Source of the DNA: Chloroflexota bacterium
Lineage (GTDB): Bacteria > Chloroflexota > Anaerolineae > B4-G1 > DUEL01
NCBI GenBank assembly: GCA_014874475.1
Contig: JADBJJ010000008.1
Coordinates: forward strand, 104,322-168,321
Length of the DNA: 64,000 bases
Direction of reading: 5' to 3'
The notes beneath the pieces were generated by a model. It was given only the letters and a program-made list of their open reading frames with translations, was not told the DNA's origin and ran no database searches. Position 1 is the first letter of the stretch, and each line of letters opens with the position of its first letter. This document shows, piece by piece, positions 17,536 through 27,672 of this stretch. Made by a program: the position numbers and the translations under genes.

Positions 17536-18138
17536 CTATGGTCCAGGTTTGGCGGTGATGACGACCCAGTAGTGCTGGTACGGGCTGGTGGAGTCATAGG
17601 CGTATCCGATCCCGTACTCCACCTGTTCGGCGAAGAACGGGTGAAAGCCCAGCAGGTGAGTCCGGTGACCCTGGGAACTCATCCACCCATTCCACGCCGC
17701 GCTGGCACTCGGATAGCCCGCCGCAATGGACTCAATGTTGTTGGCTGCCGGAGACGAGTCGTAATAAGAAGGGAGCACATAGCCCGCCTGGCGCACCAGA
17801 TAATTCGGTCCGTATCCCTCTGGGGTCACATGGCTGAAATAGCGGCGGCGGGCCATATCTTCCGCTCGCTCCCGCGCCACCCGTGCCAGAATCGGATGAC
17901 AGGTCAGAGATGGCCGTTTCTGCTCCGGATGCTCTACCATATAGCGGGCAATCTCTGCCTCCTGAGAGCTCAGAGAGCATGCCGGAGATTTGAGGACCAA
18001 CGGCAGATATACTTGAGGGGTCAGGTTCTGGGCCTGTGCCTCTGTCAGGTTGGGACCCAGCAGGAACAGAGAGAGCAGGACAACTCCCACCCCAAGACCG
18101 GTTATCCAGTGAATCCGGTGTGCTCTATGAATCCTCAT
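17536..18138 (-). CDS. CAP (SCP/PR-1-like) domain secreted protein
   Basis: Signal/TM at the N-terminus. CAP motifs (HYWVVITAKP, GHRTHLLG). Confidence 0.7.
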   Translation of the reverse strand: MRIHRAHRIHWITGLGVGVVLLSLFLLGPNLTEAQAQNLTPQVYLPLVLKSPACSLSSQEAEIARYMVEHPEQKRPSLTCHPILARVARERAEDMARRRYFSHVTPEGYGPNYLVRQAGYVLPSYYDSSPAANNIESIAAGYPSASAAWNGWMSSQGHRTHLLGFHPFFAEQVEYGIGYAYDSTSPYQHYWVVITAKPGP

Positions 18139-20129
18139 CCAGAACCCCCAGAACGGTTCGGTTGGATTTCATAAAGGATGAACAGAAGCCGACCGTCCGC
18201 TTCGGAGTAGAAGGGAGTCTCCACACCGTTCGGGAAAGTCTCCCGCAGGAAGTCTAGGTCGGCCATTTTCTCCGCCAGGACGACAAAGAGCGCTCCACCG
18301 GAGAGGTCTATCTCCGGTAGTTCCTCCACAGAAACGTCCTGGCCCGCCACATCCCGTAACCGGAAAGCGATGGCGCCAAAGTCCCAGTACATAAACGGCG
18401 CGCCATTAAAGTAGACCGGCGGGACTTCATCCCGGCCCTCCAGCGCGTCGCAGAGGACGTCGGCAACCTCGGCGGTGGGGTTACCATAAATGCGGCGGGG
18501 GGTGTAAACCTGAAAGTAGAAGCGGAGATTGATAATGGCAATCAGAACCAGCAATAAGGCATATAGAGAGACGTGAAACGGGAAACAGGAACGGTCTTTG
18601 GCCAGGCGGCGGACGGCCTGCAGGGTCTCCGTGATGCCCTGAGCGGTCAGGATCGCCACCACCGGGATGACCCCGACCCCCCGCTGGCTGGACGGCGGGT
18701 TCTCGGTCAGGGTCCAGCCCAGGAGAATGAACGCCCAGAACCAGAGCAGAAGCACTCCTCCGCCAGGCCGCCGGACGCGCCAGAAGGCCACCGTCAACCC
18801 CAGAATGAAAAAGACGCCGGAGACGGGGTCCAGTAAGGGGATACCCGGACGGTACCAGAAAGTGGGGTCCGGAGTGACATTAAAGGCGGAAATGGACTTC
18901 CAGAACTGCTGAAGGAGCAGCGCGGTCGCGCTCTTGCCGGTCAGCGACATCTCCTGCGCCAGCCAGCCAGAGGCGAAGATGCTGACCTGGTTGTAGCGGG
19001 AGAGGAAATCCGCCGGATGGGCGATGTAGTAGAGAGCCAGCGGCCAGAGGGCCAGAGCAAACCCCACCGCCAGAGCGACCAGCCCGCGACCGTGCCGGGC
19101 CAGAAACGCGCCGCCTCCGCCCAGAGCGCGTCCCATCAGATAGAGGCCAACGACGACCGTCATCAGACGGGCACCGAAGTAGGCATACCAGGAGAGGCTC
19201 AACACCACCCCGGCCAGCGCCAGGTCAAGGGGACGGCCATCTCCCTCCAGGCCCCGGAGGAGCAAAAAGAGGACAAGAGGTCCCAGAAAGGCGTCGGCGA
19301 TCTGGTTAGAGGCCAGGCGGCTGAAATGGAGCCCGTAGTGGCCGAAGGCAACCAGGACGGCGGCTCCCCACCCCACCCATTCTCCGCCCAGACGGCGGGC
19401 CAGGAGATAGGTCGCCAGAACGGACGCGGTGCCCGCCAGGGCGAAGAGGGCCCGCGCCCCGGCGACCGTCGCCCCGAAAAGTTTCATCCAGAGCCCGGTG
19501 ACCACGAAGGAGAGGGTGGGAACGCTGTACCAGCCGGTGGCGAAGGGATTGCCCAGAGGCGGGCCCAGCAGGCGCAGCGCCTCCAGAGCCTGAGTGCCCT
19601 CGTCGCCGCCGAAGTTGGCCGGAATGGTATCCAGGGCAATGGCGCGGATCAGGAAGGCAGCCAGGAGCAGGAGGAGCAGAGGAGCAAGTCGCAAAATCGC
19701 ATGTCGCAAGCCGCAGATCACAGGGCGCGGAGTGCGCCGCGCCGGGTGCAGGGGGGCCAGGGCCAGGATGTAAAAGAGCAGGCCAAGGGCCCAGGCCCGC
19801 AGGTAGGGGGAAAAGTCAGCGGCGGGGTCGGCCCGGCGCGCGCCGATGCCCGCCCAGAGAACCAGCAACACGCCGACTCCCAGCAAGGCCGTCCGCAGGG
19901 GATGGGCGGCGGCATCCGCCAGCCACCGCCGATACCAGGCCGGCCGGGAAGGAGAAGCCGTCGGGCGTTCCTGGGCGCGCCGGAGGGCCGCCACCCACAA
20001 AAGCGCCCCCAATGCACAGAAAATGACCCCGTCCCAGACGTATTGGGGGAGTCTGAGGAAGTAGACCTGTCCCAGGACCACCAGCCCTAAGCCCAAGATC
20101 AGCAGGAGCGCGTCTGGCTTCCCTTTCAT
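18135..20129 (-). CDS. GT-C family glycosyltransferase (family 39/83-like, PMT/ArnT-type)
   Basis: Polytopic. N-terminal GGDEGTQA loop motif typical of ArnT/PMT_2. Stop overlaps the CAP gene start (ATGA). Start taken at MKGKPDALLL. Confidence 0.75.
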   Translation of the reverse strand: MKGKPDALLLILGLGLVVLGQVYFLRLPQYVWDGVIFCALGALLWVAALRRAQERPTASPSRPAWYRRWLADAAAHPLRTALLGVGVLLVLWAGIGARRADPAADFSPYLRAWALGLLFYILALAPLHPARRTPRPVICGLRHAILRLAPLLLLLLAAFLIRAIALDTIPANFGGDEGTQALEALRLLGPPLGNPFATGWYSVPTLSFVVTGLWMKLFGATVAGARALFALAGTASVLATYLLARRLGGEWVGWGAAVLVAFGHYGLHFSRLASNQIADAFLGPLVLFLLLRGLEGDGRPLDLALAGVVLSLSWYAYFGARLMTVVVGLYLMGRALGGGGAFLARHGRGLVALAVGFALALWPLALYYIAHPADFLSRYNQVSIFASGWLAQEMSLTGKSATALLLQQFWKSISAFNVTPDPTFWYRPGIPLLDPVSGVFFILGLTVAFWRVRRPGGGVLLLWFWAFILLGWTLTENPPSSQRGVGVIPVVAILTAQGITETLQAVRRLAKDRSCFPFHVSLYALLLVLIAIINLRFYFQVYTPRRIYGNPTAEVADVLCDALEGRDEVPPVYFNGAPFMYWDFGAIAFRLRDVAGQDVSVEELPEIDLSGGALFVVLAEKMADLDFLRETFPNGVETPFYSEADGRLLFILYEIQPNRSGGSG

Positions 20130-20139
20130 TTCGGTGACC

Positions 20140-21027
20140 TCATGCAGGCAGAGAATCGGAGGCCCGGGCCAGGCAGCCTGCGCTACCATCCAGTTCCCGG
20201 GAAGCCGTGATGAAGAGGCATCCACCTTTTTCGGGAGGTGGCTCTTCGTAGAAAGGCCGCACGATTCGCTCCGTCACCCAGAGATTGAAGCAAGAAGGCC
20301 AAATCACCCAGCGGCCGGTCAGTTTCTTCGCCACCAGCGAAGGAAGGCCGAAATAATGTCCCCACTCCACCGCCGCCAGCGCGCGGGGAGAGAGATACGG
20401 GTGCGCGTCCAGCAGGTGCAGGCCAGCCCACTCCAGCCGCGCCTTCCAGCCCTCCACTCCGTCGTAGTAATAATGGCGGGAGATGCGATGAAAGAACCGC
20501 CGATAGAGATTTCCCAGGGGACGAAGTCCCAACCGGTCCAGCGCCTGTCCGATGGAAAGCAGCGCCAGGAAATCGGGGCCGGGGACGGAGAAGTAGAACC
20601 GTCCGCCCGGGCGCAGGACCCGGGCCACCTCCCGCAGCACCGGCCCCACATCCGGGATATGCTCCAGGACACAATTGCTGACAACCGTCCCGAAAACAGC
20701 GTCCGGAAAGGGCAGGCGGGCACCATCGGCTTGAAGCAACAGCCGGTACGCTCCACGCCGCTGCGCCTCCCATAACGGCCGGGTATCGGGGTCCAGGCCG
20801 ACGTCGGGCGGGCGGGGAAGGGCCACCGCGCCGAAGTGCCCGTCCCCGCAGCCCAAGTCCAGCACCGGCTCCGGAAAGGGCAGAGATATGTAAAAACGGG
20901 CCTCGGTGGCCCGTAACAGCGCCCGGAAAGCGGGCAAGTCCTTCAGATGAAGCCAGAGGAGGTCTGGAAAGGATAATTTTGTTTTTGTGACGGCTTCACC
21001 GCCACAAAAACAAAACGCTTTACCCAT
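20140..21027 (-). CDS. class I SAM-dependent methyltransferase
   Basis: VLDLGCGDGHF (motif I) and LRPGGRFYFSVP (post-II). Methyltransf_11-like. Confidence 0.8.
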   Translation of the reverse strand: MGKAFCFCGGEAVTKTKLSFPDLLWLHLKDLPAFRALLRATEARFYISLPFPEPVLDLGCGDGHFGAVALPRPPDVGLDPDTRPLWEAQRRGAYRLLLQADGARLPFPDAVFGTVVSNCVLEHIPDVGPVLREVARVLRPGGRFYFSVPGPDFLALLSIGQALDRLGLRPLGNLYRRFFHRISRHYYYDGVEGWKARLEWAGLHLLDAHPYLSPRALAAVEWGHYFGLPSLVAKKLTGRWVIWPSCFNLWVTERIVRPFYEEPPPEKGGCLFITASRELDGSAGCLARASDSLPA

Positions 21028-22067
21028 TATCCTACCTCCACTTCCTCCGTTTCCGCTACAATATCCCGCTGGCGGAGAAACTCACGAGGACGGGGCTGGG
21101 CCCGACTCCGCTGCAGAGCGTAGGCTCCCCCCAGGACCACCAGCGGGAGCCCCACAAACAGGAGAAGGTAGGAAATGGGGTCCAAGCGTGGCGAGGCCGA
21201 GAAGCGGTCCAGATTGAACAGGATGATCGCCAGGGCCAGCCAGACGGTTAAAAAGTTGGGAATGGCGTCGCCGGAGCGAAGGAGACGCAGGCCCGCCGTC
21301 CGGCCTTTTGTGAAGGGGTAAAAGAGATTGCTCCCCATAAAGCCCAATTGGTCCTCCAGGACGTGCCCGGCGAAGCCCAGGGTAGTGACCAGGCCAGCCC
21401 AGAGAGAAGTGCGAGTGACTCCACCTGCGATCCCCCTTTCCACCAGCGCAAACAACGCGGCGACGCCGACCCCCAGCAGGACCGCCAGGGTCAGGCTGTG
21501 GGACCAACGACGATGCCAATCCAGGAAATGGACCCGCAGCCGGTCCCCCACCCGCTCAAAGCGGAAGGATGGACCGCTGAAGATATCTATCTTGTACTCT
21601 TCGTCGTAGGTCTCCACTAGGGGGAATTCCAGCGGAACACGTACCTCTTTCAGACCCTCCGGCTCCGAGCCCGGAAAGGGGACCTGTCCGGTGTTGACGA
21701 CGGGGCCAATGCGGACGCTCACCTCACTCCGTCGGGGATCAAAGCGGACGACGTACTGCCGCCAGAGATCAGCGCCCAGGCGGATGGTATGGAGCATCAT
21801 GTTCTGAGACTGGCCCGTCTCGTAGGCCCGCCGCATCGCCCCGACCAGCGCGTCGGCGATCCGGTGCGGGTCGGGATGGGGCCCGGGGTCGATCTCCAGG
21901 TCGTACCGCTCAAAGTAGCGGACGAACTTGAAGTCCAGCGTGTCCGGAAAAATCCCTGCGATGCCGCCCAGGACGGGCAGGAGTGACCCATCGGCGGCCT
22001 GCCGGACTACCTCGGGAAAAAAGGTCGCCAGAGCGACGCCGGTGAGGAAGTGAGTGATGCCCTTCAT
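21027..22067 (-). CDS. membrane-bound metal-dependent hydrolase (DUF457/YdjM-like) with a large inserted soluble domain
   Basis: MKGITHFLTGVALA N-terminus and the later HVLEDQ motif are DUF457-like. An insertion of about 140 aa lies between them. Confidence 0.5.
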   Translation of the reverse strand: MKGITHFLTGVALATFFPEVVRQAADGSLLPVLGGIAGIFPDTLDFKFVRYFERYDLEIDPGPHPDPHRIADALVGAMRRAYETGQSQNMMLHTIRLGADLWRQYVVRFDPRRSEVSVRIGPVVNTGQVPFPGSEPEGLKEVRVPLEFPLVETYDEEYKIDIFSGPSFRFERVGDRLRVHFLDWHRRWSHSLTLAVLLGVGVAALFALVERGIAGGVTRTSLWAGLVTTLGFAGHVLEDQLGFMGSNLFYPFTKGRTAGLRLLRSGDAIPNFLTVWLALAIILFNLDRFSASPRLDPISYLLLFVGLPLVVLGGAYALQRSRAQPRPREFLRQRDIVAETEEVEVG

Positions 22068-22097
22068 GACGCAAAATGCCAAAAAGCAAACCGTCTG

Positions 22098-22415
22098 TTA
22101 TTCGGCAAACATATCCCGGGCCTTGAACATCAGGACCAGGGCACCGGATTCGGAGCGGGAGCGGTGGCGCTCTCCGGCCCGCACGACCAGGGACTCCCCG
22201 GCTTTGAGGACGACCGTCGGGCCGCTGGTGTAATCTATAGCAATTTCCCCCTCCAGCACCAGGTACATCTCGTCTTTGGGATGCTGATGGTAGAGGTACA
22301 CTCCCTCCATTCGGGTCAGATAGGCACAATAATCGTCCACGCACCCCAGGATCAGGTGCTGGAACGGCTCTTTCAGGCGGGATGCGGTCTGGGATATACT
22401 CTGTTTGACCTCCAT
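22098..22415 (-). CDS. cupin domain protein
   Basis: 105 aa with the cupin beta-barrel motifs (YLYHQHPKDEMYLVLEGE...GERH). Confidence 0.7.
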   Translation of the reverse strand: MEVKQSISQTASRLKEPFQHLILGCVDDYCAYLTRMEGVYLYHQHPKDEMYLVLEGEIAIDYTSGPTVVLKAGESLVVRAGERHRSRSESGALVLMFKARDMFAE

Positions 22416-22429
22416 CTATCCCCCTTTTT

Positions 22430-23749
22430 CTATAACTCCACAAAATAGGCCGACGCGGCCCGATCTATCAGGTCGGGGGAAAGGGTCGGCGGGACGTTCA
22501 GATACCGGGCAATGTCGCAGAGTTGCTCCACCAGGTCGCGGGGGTGGCAGGCCCGTAACGGGCGCTTCGGCTTGATGTAGTGCTCCTGGAGCAGGTAGGC
22601 CAGCCCCCGGTCGTCGTAGGGCACCCCTTTGGCCTGACAGACCCGGCGGAAAATCTCCCGGTACTCGTCAAAAGTGGGATTTTTAATCTCAATCTTGTGC
22701 CGGATACGGCGCAGGAAAGCCTCATCCACCAGGTCCTTCGGGGCCAGGTTGGTGGCAAAGACGATGAGCACATCAAAGGGGACCTCAATCTTCCGCCCCG
22801 TGTGCAGGGTCAGGAAGTCCACCCGCTTCTCCAGAGGGACGATCCACCGGTTCAGGAGGTCGCGAGGCCGAACCTGCTGCCGTCCAAAGTCGTCAATCAA
22901 GAGCATCCCGCCGTTGGCCTTCATCTGGAAGGGAGCCTCGTAGTACTTGTTGGTCTCGTCGTAGACCAGGTCCAGCGTCTCCAGGGTCAATTCGCCGCCC
23001 ACCATAATCATCGGGCGCTGGATATAGACCCAGCGGGGGTCCACGTTCCGCCCGCCAGCCGGCGCCTCGGCACGAGTGTGATTCACGCTGTCAAAGACCT
23101 TGATAACCTGGCCGTCCACCTCCACCGCGTACGGGATGTAGACAGCGCCGCTCATAATCATTTTGCCGATGGCCTCAGCGATGACCGTCTTGCCGTTGCC
23201 GGGAGGGCCGAAGAGGAAAATGGACTTGCCGGAATTGACGGCAGGGCCCAGTTGGGCAAAGGTTTCCTCGCTGATGACCAGATGGGAGAGAGCCTGACGC
23301 ATCATCCGCTGGTGGACAACGACCTGTCCCAGCGATTGCTGGCGGATGGCATCACTGTACACATCCAGGGGAATGGGCGCCGGCCCTGCGTAGTGACTCC
23401 GATCCAGCGCTTCGCGGGCCATCAGCCGTCCCTTATCGGAGATGGCATACTGATAGGCCGCCTCGGCGAACCCCCCGGCCCCCTTGACCTCGCAGAGTTT
23501 CTCTCGTTTAAGAAACTCCAGGACCTGGTCTACCACACCCGCGTAGGGAAGTTTCATCCGATCCGCCAGTTCGTAGCCGGAGAGGAAACCTTCAAAGTAG
23601 AGCACTTTGAGAGCCAGGTCTATCAGAAAGCCGAGATTCAACCCAGTCTCCTCCACAGAGCGCGGGGCGCGGGGTAAAAAACCGGTCGGTACCACTTCAC
23701 TGGCAGGTCTTTGAGCCATTGCTCCTCCTGCTACTGTGTAGAAATTCAC
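22430..23749 (-). CDS. AAA family ATPase with N-terminal winged-helix-like domain
   Basis: Walker A GPPGNGKT, Walker B LLIDDF, sensor region AFLRRI. N-terminal domain of about 150 aa. Confidence 0.8.
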   Translation of the reverse strand: MNFYTVAGGAMAQRPASEVVPTGFLPRAPRSVEETGLNLGFLIDLALKVLYFEGFLSGYELADRMKLPYAGVVDQVLEFLKREKLCEVKGAGGFAEAAYQYAISDKGRLMAREALDRSHYAGPAPIPLDVYSDAIRQQSLGQVVVHQRMMRQALSHLVISEETFAQLGPAVNSGKSIFLFGPPGNGKTVIAEAIGKMIMSGAVYIPYAVEVDGQVIKVFDSVNHTRAEAPAGGRNVDPRWVYIQRPMIMVGGELTLETLDLVYDETNKYYEAPFQMKANGGMLLIDDFGRQQVRPRDLLNRWIVPLEKRVDFLTLHTGRKIEVPFDVLIVFATNLAPKDLVDEAFLRRIRHKIEIKNPTFDEYREIFRRVCQAKGVPYDDRGLAYLLQEHYIKPKRPLRACHPRDLVEQLCDIARYLNVPPTLSPDLIDRAASAYFVEL

Positions 23750-23935
23750 GCAGTTTGTATGTCGGATGGCCTCTCAGCCCGTCCGGACGGCCCCAAAAGG
23801 ACGGCCTGGAAAGGCCGCCCTGCAGGTACTAAAACACTTGCCCGGGGAAAGAGCGACCGCCAGGGCCGCTCCCGCACCCCCATCGCAGGGACAGAGCCTG
23901 TCCTTGCTCCATAGAGGCCACTGCGAGGGTTGTCC

Positions 23936-25087
23936 CTACGAGTTACTCATCGCCAGGACTTCTCCGACGCGCAGGATTTCCTCTTCCGTGTTGTAGCCAT
24001 GGGGGCTGACGCGGATGTAGGACTCCCGCAGAGACACAGCAATTTTCGCTTCTCGCAGACGGGCATGGGCCGCGCGCACGTCCCCTGGCACGGTGAACGA
24101 GACAATCGCCGACCGGTGAGCCGGGTCCAGATTGCTTGCCACCGGATACCCTCGCCGTTGCAGGTCGGCGATGAGCACATCGGTCAAGTACAGGGTGTGG
24201 CGGTGAATGTCCTCTATCCCCGTCTCCAGCAGCAACTCTATCGCCGCCGTCAACCCGGTCATCCCCACCAAATTGGGGCCGCCCAGGTCAAACCGATGGG
24301 CATCGGGAAGGAAGGTCAGGTCGTACTGCCGCCACTCCTGCCAGTTGACCACACTGACACACCCGGCCATTGGCGGGGACATCTCCTCCAGCAACTCCCG
24401 GCGGCAGTAGAGAAACCCCACCCCCACCGGCCCCATCAACCACTTGGGGCCTCCAGCAGCCAGAAAATCTATGCCGTACGCGCGCACGTCCATCGGGACC
24501 GCTCCCAGGGACTGGATGCCGTCCACAATAAAATACGCCCCATGAGCCCGGCACCACTCCCCGATAGCGGCCAGGTCGGTCCGGAAGCCAGTGAGGAACT
24601 CCACAGAACTGACAGCGACAGCACGGGTGCGCCGATCGGCATAGGCCTCCAGCGCCTCCACCGTCAGGCCGCCCCGGTCGTGGGGGATACAGCGGGCCTC
24701 CACCCCCTTCTGCCGCTCCAACAGCATCCAGGGATAGACGTTGGAGGGGAATTCCATATCGCAGAAGAGGATATTGTCGCCGGGACGGAAGGGGAGGGAC
24801 TGGGCCACCAGATTGAGGCCATGGCTGGTGTTCTGGACAATGGCGATTTCCTCGGGCGTGGCGTTGATGAGACGGGCCACCGCCTTCCGCAGCCGCTCCG
24901 GGATACCCTCCTCGTCCCGGTCCATCATCCCGAAGGTGACCCGACGGTCATCCAGATAGCGGATCATCGCATCCCGCACCCGGCGGGGGAGCGGGGAAAT
25001 AGCCGCGTGGTCCAGGAATGTACAGACGGAGGTTGCGGCCTCCATCTCGTCTCGCAGGCGACACAGAGAGGAAGTGAAAGTCCCCAA
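23936..25087 (-). CDS. aminotransferase class V (cysteine desulfurase / SufS-IscS-like fold)
   Basis: PLP-fold motifs and the characteristic GGPKWLMGP lysine region. Confidence 0.8.
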   Translation of the reverse strand: MGTFTSSLCRLRDEMEAATSVCTFLDHAAISPLPRRVRDAMIRYLDDRRVTFGMMDRDEEGIPERLRKAVARLINATPEEIAIVQNTSHGLNLVAQSLPFRPGDNILFCDMEFPSNVYPWMLLERQKGVEARCIPHDRGGLTVEALEAYADRRTRAVAVSSVEFLTGFRTDLAAIGEWCRAHGAYFIVDGIQSLGAVPMDVRAYGIDFLAAGGPKWLMGPVGVGFLYCRRELLEEMSPPMAGCVSVVNWQEWRQYDLTFLPDAHRFDLGGPNLVGMTGLTAAIELLLETGIEDIHRHTLYLTDVLIADLQRRGYPVASNLDPAHRSAIVSFTVPGDVRAAHARLREAKIAVSLRESYIRVSPHGYNTEEEILRVGEVLAMSNS

Positions 25088-25156
25088 GAGTTCCTCCTAA
25101 ATCCTCAACAAGGTGCCGCTTTGGCGCCGAATTCTCACCGTTGTGCAGCCGATCAC

Positions 25157-25678
25157 CTATGAGGCCGACATCCGTTCCTTCAGCACTCCAGCCAACTCCT
25201 GACTCCAGGCCCGGATTGCGTCCCAGTTCCGATAATCCCCTTCCGGGATTTTCATCAGGTTTCGGATAATAAACCGGTCTGTGGCCGACAATTTACTGTA
25301 GTCCATTCTGCCCGCAAACAGGCCCACGCTTACCGGCGGCACGATAGCCCGCGCTGGCTTCATCCAGGACTCCACCAGGCGGCGATTGTCCTCGGTATCT
25401 TCTTGCATTGTCAGGCAAACGGTGAAGTAGGCAACGGGAATCCGGTGCAACGCTTCGCGGTGTTTCTTTAAAAATCTCACCCCATCTGGCTCCCAGCGGA
25501 ACCGACGCATCGGAGCCCCCAGAACAACAGCCCGATAGGGGCGCACATCCCGGACCTCCCGCAGCGGGCGGACTTCCACAGGAATCCCCTCCTGGCGCAG
25601 AACGGAGGCGATAAATTCTGCCACTTCGCCGGTGGAGCCAGCATAGGTTTTATAAGCGACCAGCACCGTATCCGTCAT
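25157..25678 (-). CDS. flavodoxin-like protein
   Basis: MTDTVLVAYKTYAGSTGEVA flavodoxin N-terminus. 173 aa. Confidence 0.75.
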   Translation of the reverse strand: MTDTVLVAYKTYAGSTGEVAEFIASVLRQEGIPVEVRPLREVRDVRPYRAVVLGAPMRRFRWEPDGVRFLKKHREALHRIPVAYFTVCLTMQEDTEDNRRLVESWMKPARAIVPPVSVGLFAGRMDYSKLSATDRFIIRNLMKIPEGDYRNWDAIRAWSQELAGVLKERMSAS

Positions 25679-25690
25679 TGTGTCTCTCCT

Positions 25691-26923
25691 TTACGATTCG
25701 GCCAGTCGGCGCGTCACCCGGTCCAGGACCGTCTCAGCGACGGCGGCCTTGCTCATCAGCGGCAACTCTTCCATCCCACCCTCCCGGTCCAGGAGCACCA
25801 CCCGGTTGGTCTCGGCAGCGAAGCCGGCGTCGGTGGCAGTGATGTCGTTGGCGACGATCAGGTCCAGCCCCTTCGCCTCCAGTTTGGCCCGCGCGTTTTC
25901 CAGAAGGTCCTGGCTCTCGGCCGCGAAGCCCACCACGGCGCGCGGGAAGCCGGTTTCGGCCCGCCGCCGGCCCACCGCTGCCAGGATGTCCGGCGTCCGC
26001 TCCAGGCGAAGGGTCAGGTCAGCCGTCTTCTTGATTTTCTGTTCGGCGACGGTTGCCGGGCGGTAATCGCCGACGGCGGCGGCCATCAGCAGAACGTCCG
26101 CATCAGCGGTTGCTTCCAGCACCGCATCCAGCATCTCCCGGACGGTGACGACGTCCACCCGGCGGGCACCCACGGGAGTAGGCAGCGAGACCGGGCCGGT
26201 GATCAGAGTGAGGTCCGCCCCCCGGTCCAGCGCTGCCTGGGCCAGGGCGAAGCCCTGTTTGCCGGAAGAAGGGTTGGAGATGAAACGAACGGGGTCCAGG
26301 AACTCGCGCGTCGGCCCGGCGGTGACGACGACTTTCCGACCAGCGAGGGGACCCTGGAGACCCAGCACCCGCCGGATGTGGCCCAGAATCTCCTCTGGCT
26401 CCATCATCCGCCCCTCCCCCTCCAGGCCGGAGGCCATCCGGCCCCGGACAGGGCCGGCGAAGTGAACCCCGCGCGCTCGCAGCGCGGCCACGTTGGCCTG
26501 AGTGGCCGGGTGGCTCCACATCCCGGCGTCCATAGCCGGCGCCAGAAGGACCGGGCAAGTAGCGGCTAAGGCCAGGGTGGAGAGCAGATTATCCGCCAGG
26601 CCCCAGGTCAGTTTGGCCATGGTGTTGGCCGTCGCTGGCGCGATGACCAGAAGGTCGGCCGCGTGAGCCAGGCCGACATGGGCGATGTGAGTGGGAAGCC
26701 CGGCTCCGCCGGCCCACCACATATCCACATAGACTGGTCGGCCTGTCAACGCCTCAAAAGTCAGCGGAGAGACGAAGCGGGTGGCTGCCTCGGTCATCAC
26801 CACGTCCACCTCAGCCCCCATCTGAGTGAGATGGCTGGCCAGGGTGCAGACCTTATAGACGGCAATGCCGCCGGTGACACCCAGGAGGATACGCTTCCCG
26901 CGCAACAGAGGGACAGGTTCCAT
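25691..26923 (-). CDS. coaBC: bifunctional phosphopantothenoylcysteine decarboxylase / phosphopantothenate-cysteine ligase
   Basis: N-terminal flavoprotein (GVTGGIAVYK) plus C-terminal DFP ligase domain (NPSSGKQG). Start taken at MEPVPLL. Confidence 0.9.
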   Translation of the reverse strand: MEPVPLLRGKRILLGVTGGIAVYKVCTLASHLTQMGAEVDVVMTEAATRFVSPLTFEALTGRPVYVDMWWAGGAGLPTHIAHVGLAHAADLLVIAPATANTMAKLTWGLADNLLSTLALAATCPVLLAPAMDAGMWSHPATQANVAALRARGVHFAGPVRGRMASGLEGEGRMMEPEEILGHIRRVLGLQGPLAGRKVVVTAGPTREFLDPVRFISNPSSGKQGFALAQAALDRGADLTLITGPVSLPTPVGARRVDVVTVREMLDAVLEATADADVLLMAAAVGDYRPATVAEQKIKKTADLTLRLERTPDILAAVGRRRAETGFPRAVVGFAAESQDLLENARAKLEAKGLDLIVANDITATDAGFAAETNRVVLLDREGGMEELPLMSKAAVAETVLDRVTRRLAES

Positions 26924-27182
26924 ATCGTTTTCCCGATAAAAGCTGTTTTTCACTAGCAGAGAGTGCGGAGAGGGAACGGTTTCTCTCGCTGAAATTGTAT
27001 CGCAAATTGAGCAAATGGCAACTGCTATCTGTCTGCCGCGCCTATCCTGTCACCCACTGGAAACGGGACAGTAACAAAAACGAAACTTCAGGAAGGGTTG
27101 GGTGTAGTATTATTGTAGTGAAAAAATCCCTTGCGGTAGCGAATCGTTCCTTCGCCCAAGCGGACTACCACCAGGAGGAAAT

Positions 27183-27422
27183 ATGGTCTCTACCGTCACT
27201 ACATCCACTGTGATGACTGTGACAACTGTAGCAGTTGCCAGTTCACTGGCCCTCATCGTTGTAATGACAATGTTTACCCTGCTGGTTCAGAAGGAAATCG
27301 CCCTCACCGCCCGAGAGCGCTGGATGCGGGCTCTGGACCGGGCGTTGAATGTGGGGATCATTCCTCTGCTGATAGCTTTTCTGGCGCTGGTCGCGATGCG
27401 AATTGCGGAGATTATCAGATAA
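27183..27422 (+). CDS. small (79 aa) two-TM hydrophobic protein in a low-GC pocket
   Basis: AGGAGG 4 nt upstream of the ATG. Thr/Val-rich N-terminus and two predicted TM helices. Local GC is clearly below the flanking DNA. Confidence 0.4.
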   Translation: MVSTVTTSTVMTVTTVAVASSLALIVVMTMFTLLVQKEIALTARERWMRALDRALNVGIIPLLIAFLALVAMRIAEIIR

Positions 27423-27672
27423 CAGCGACACCCGTTCCTCTCTTGCAGATGATCACTCCCTGATCAGGGTAGAACTGCAGAATCGTAGCGATATCCCCGT
27501 TGAATAGGGCCTCCCAGCAATAACCGGCAGGAGAATTTTGCCCTTAGAAGAGGGGTTGAGGGCGGTGGCCCCTTGATCGCCACCCCAACCCCATCCTTGC
27601 CCTCTCGCCTCCCCCACGGCGGGAAGAGAAGGGGGAGAATTCCAACCACCGCGAGCCTCCCCTCAACCCGGT

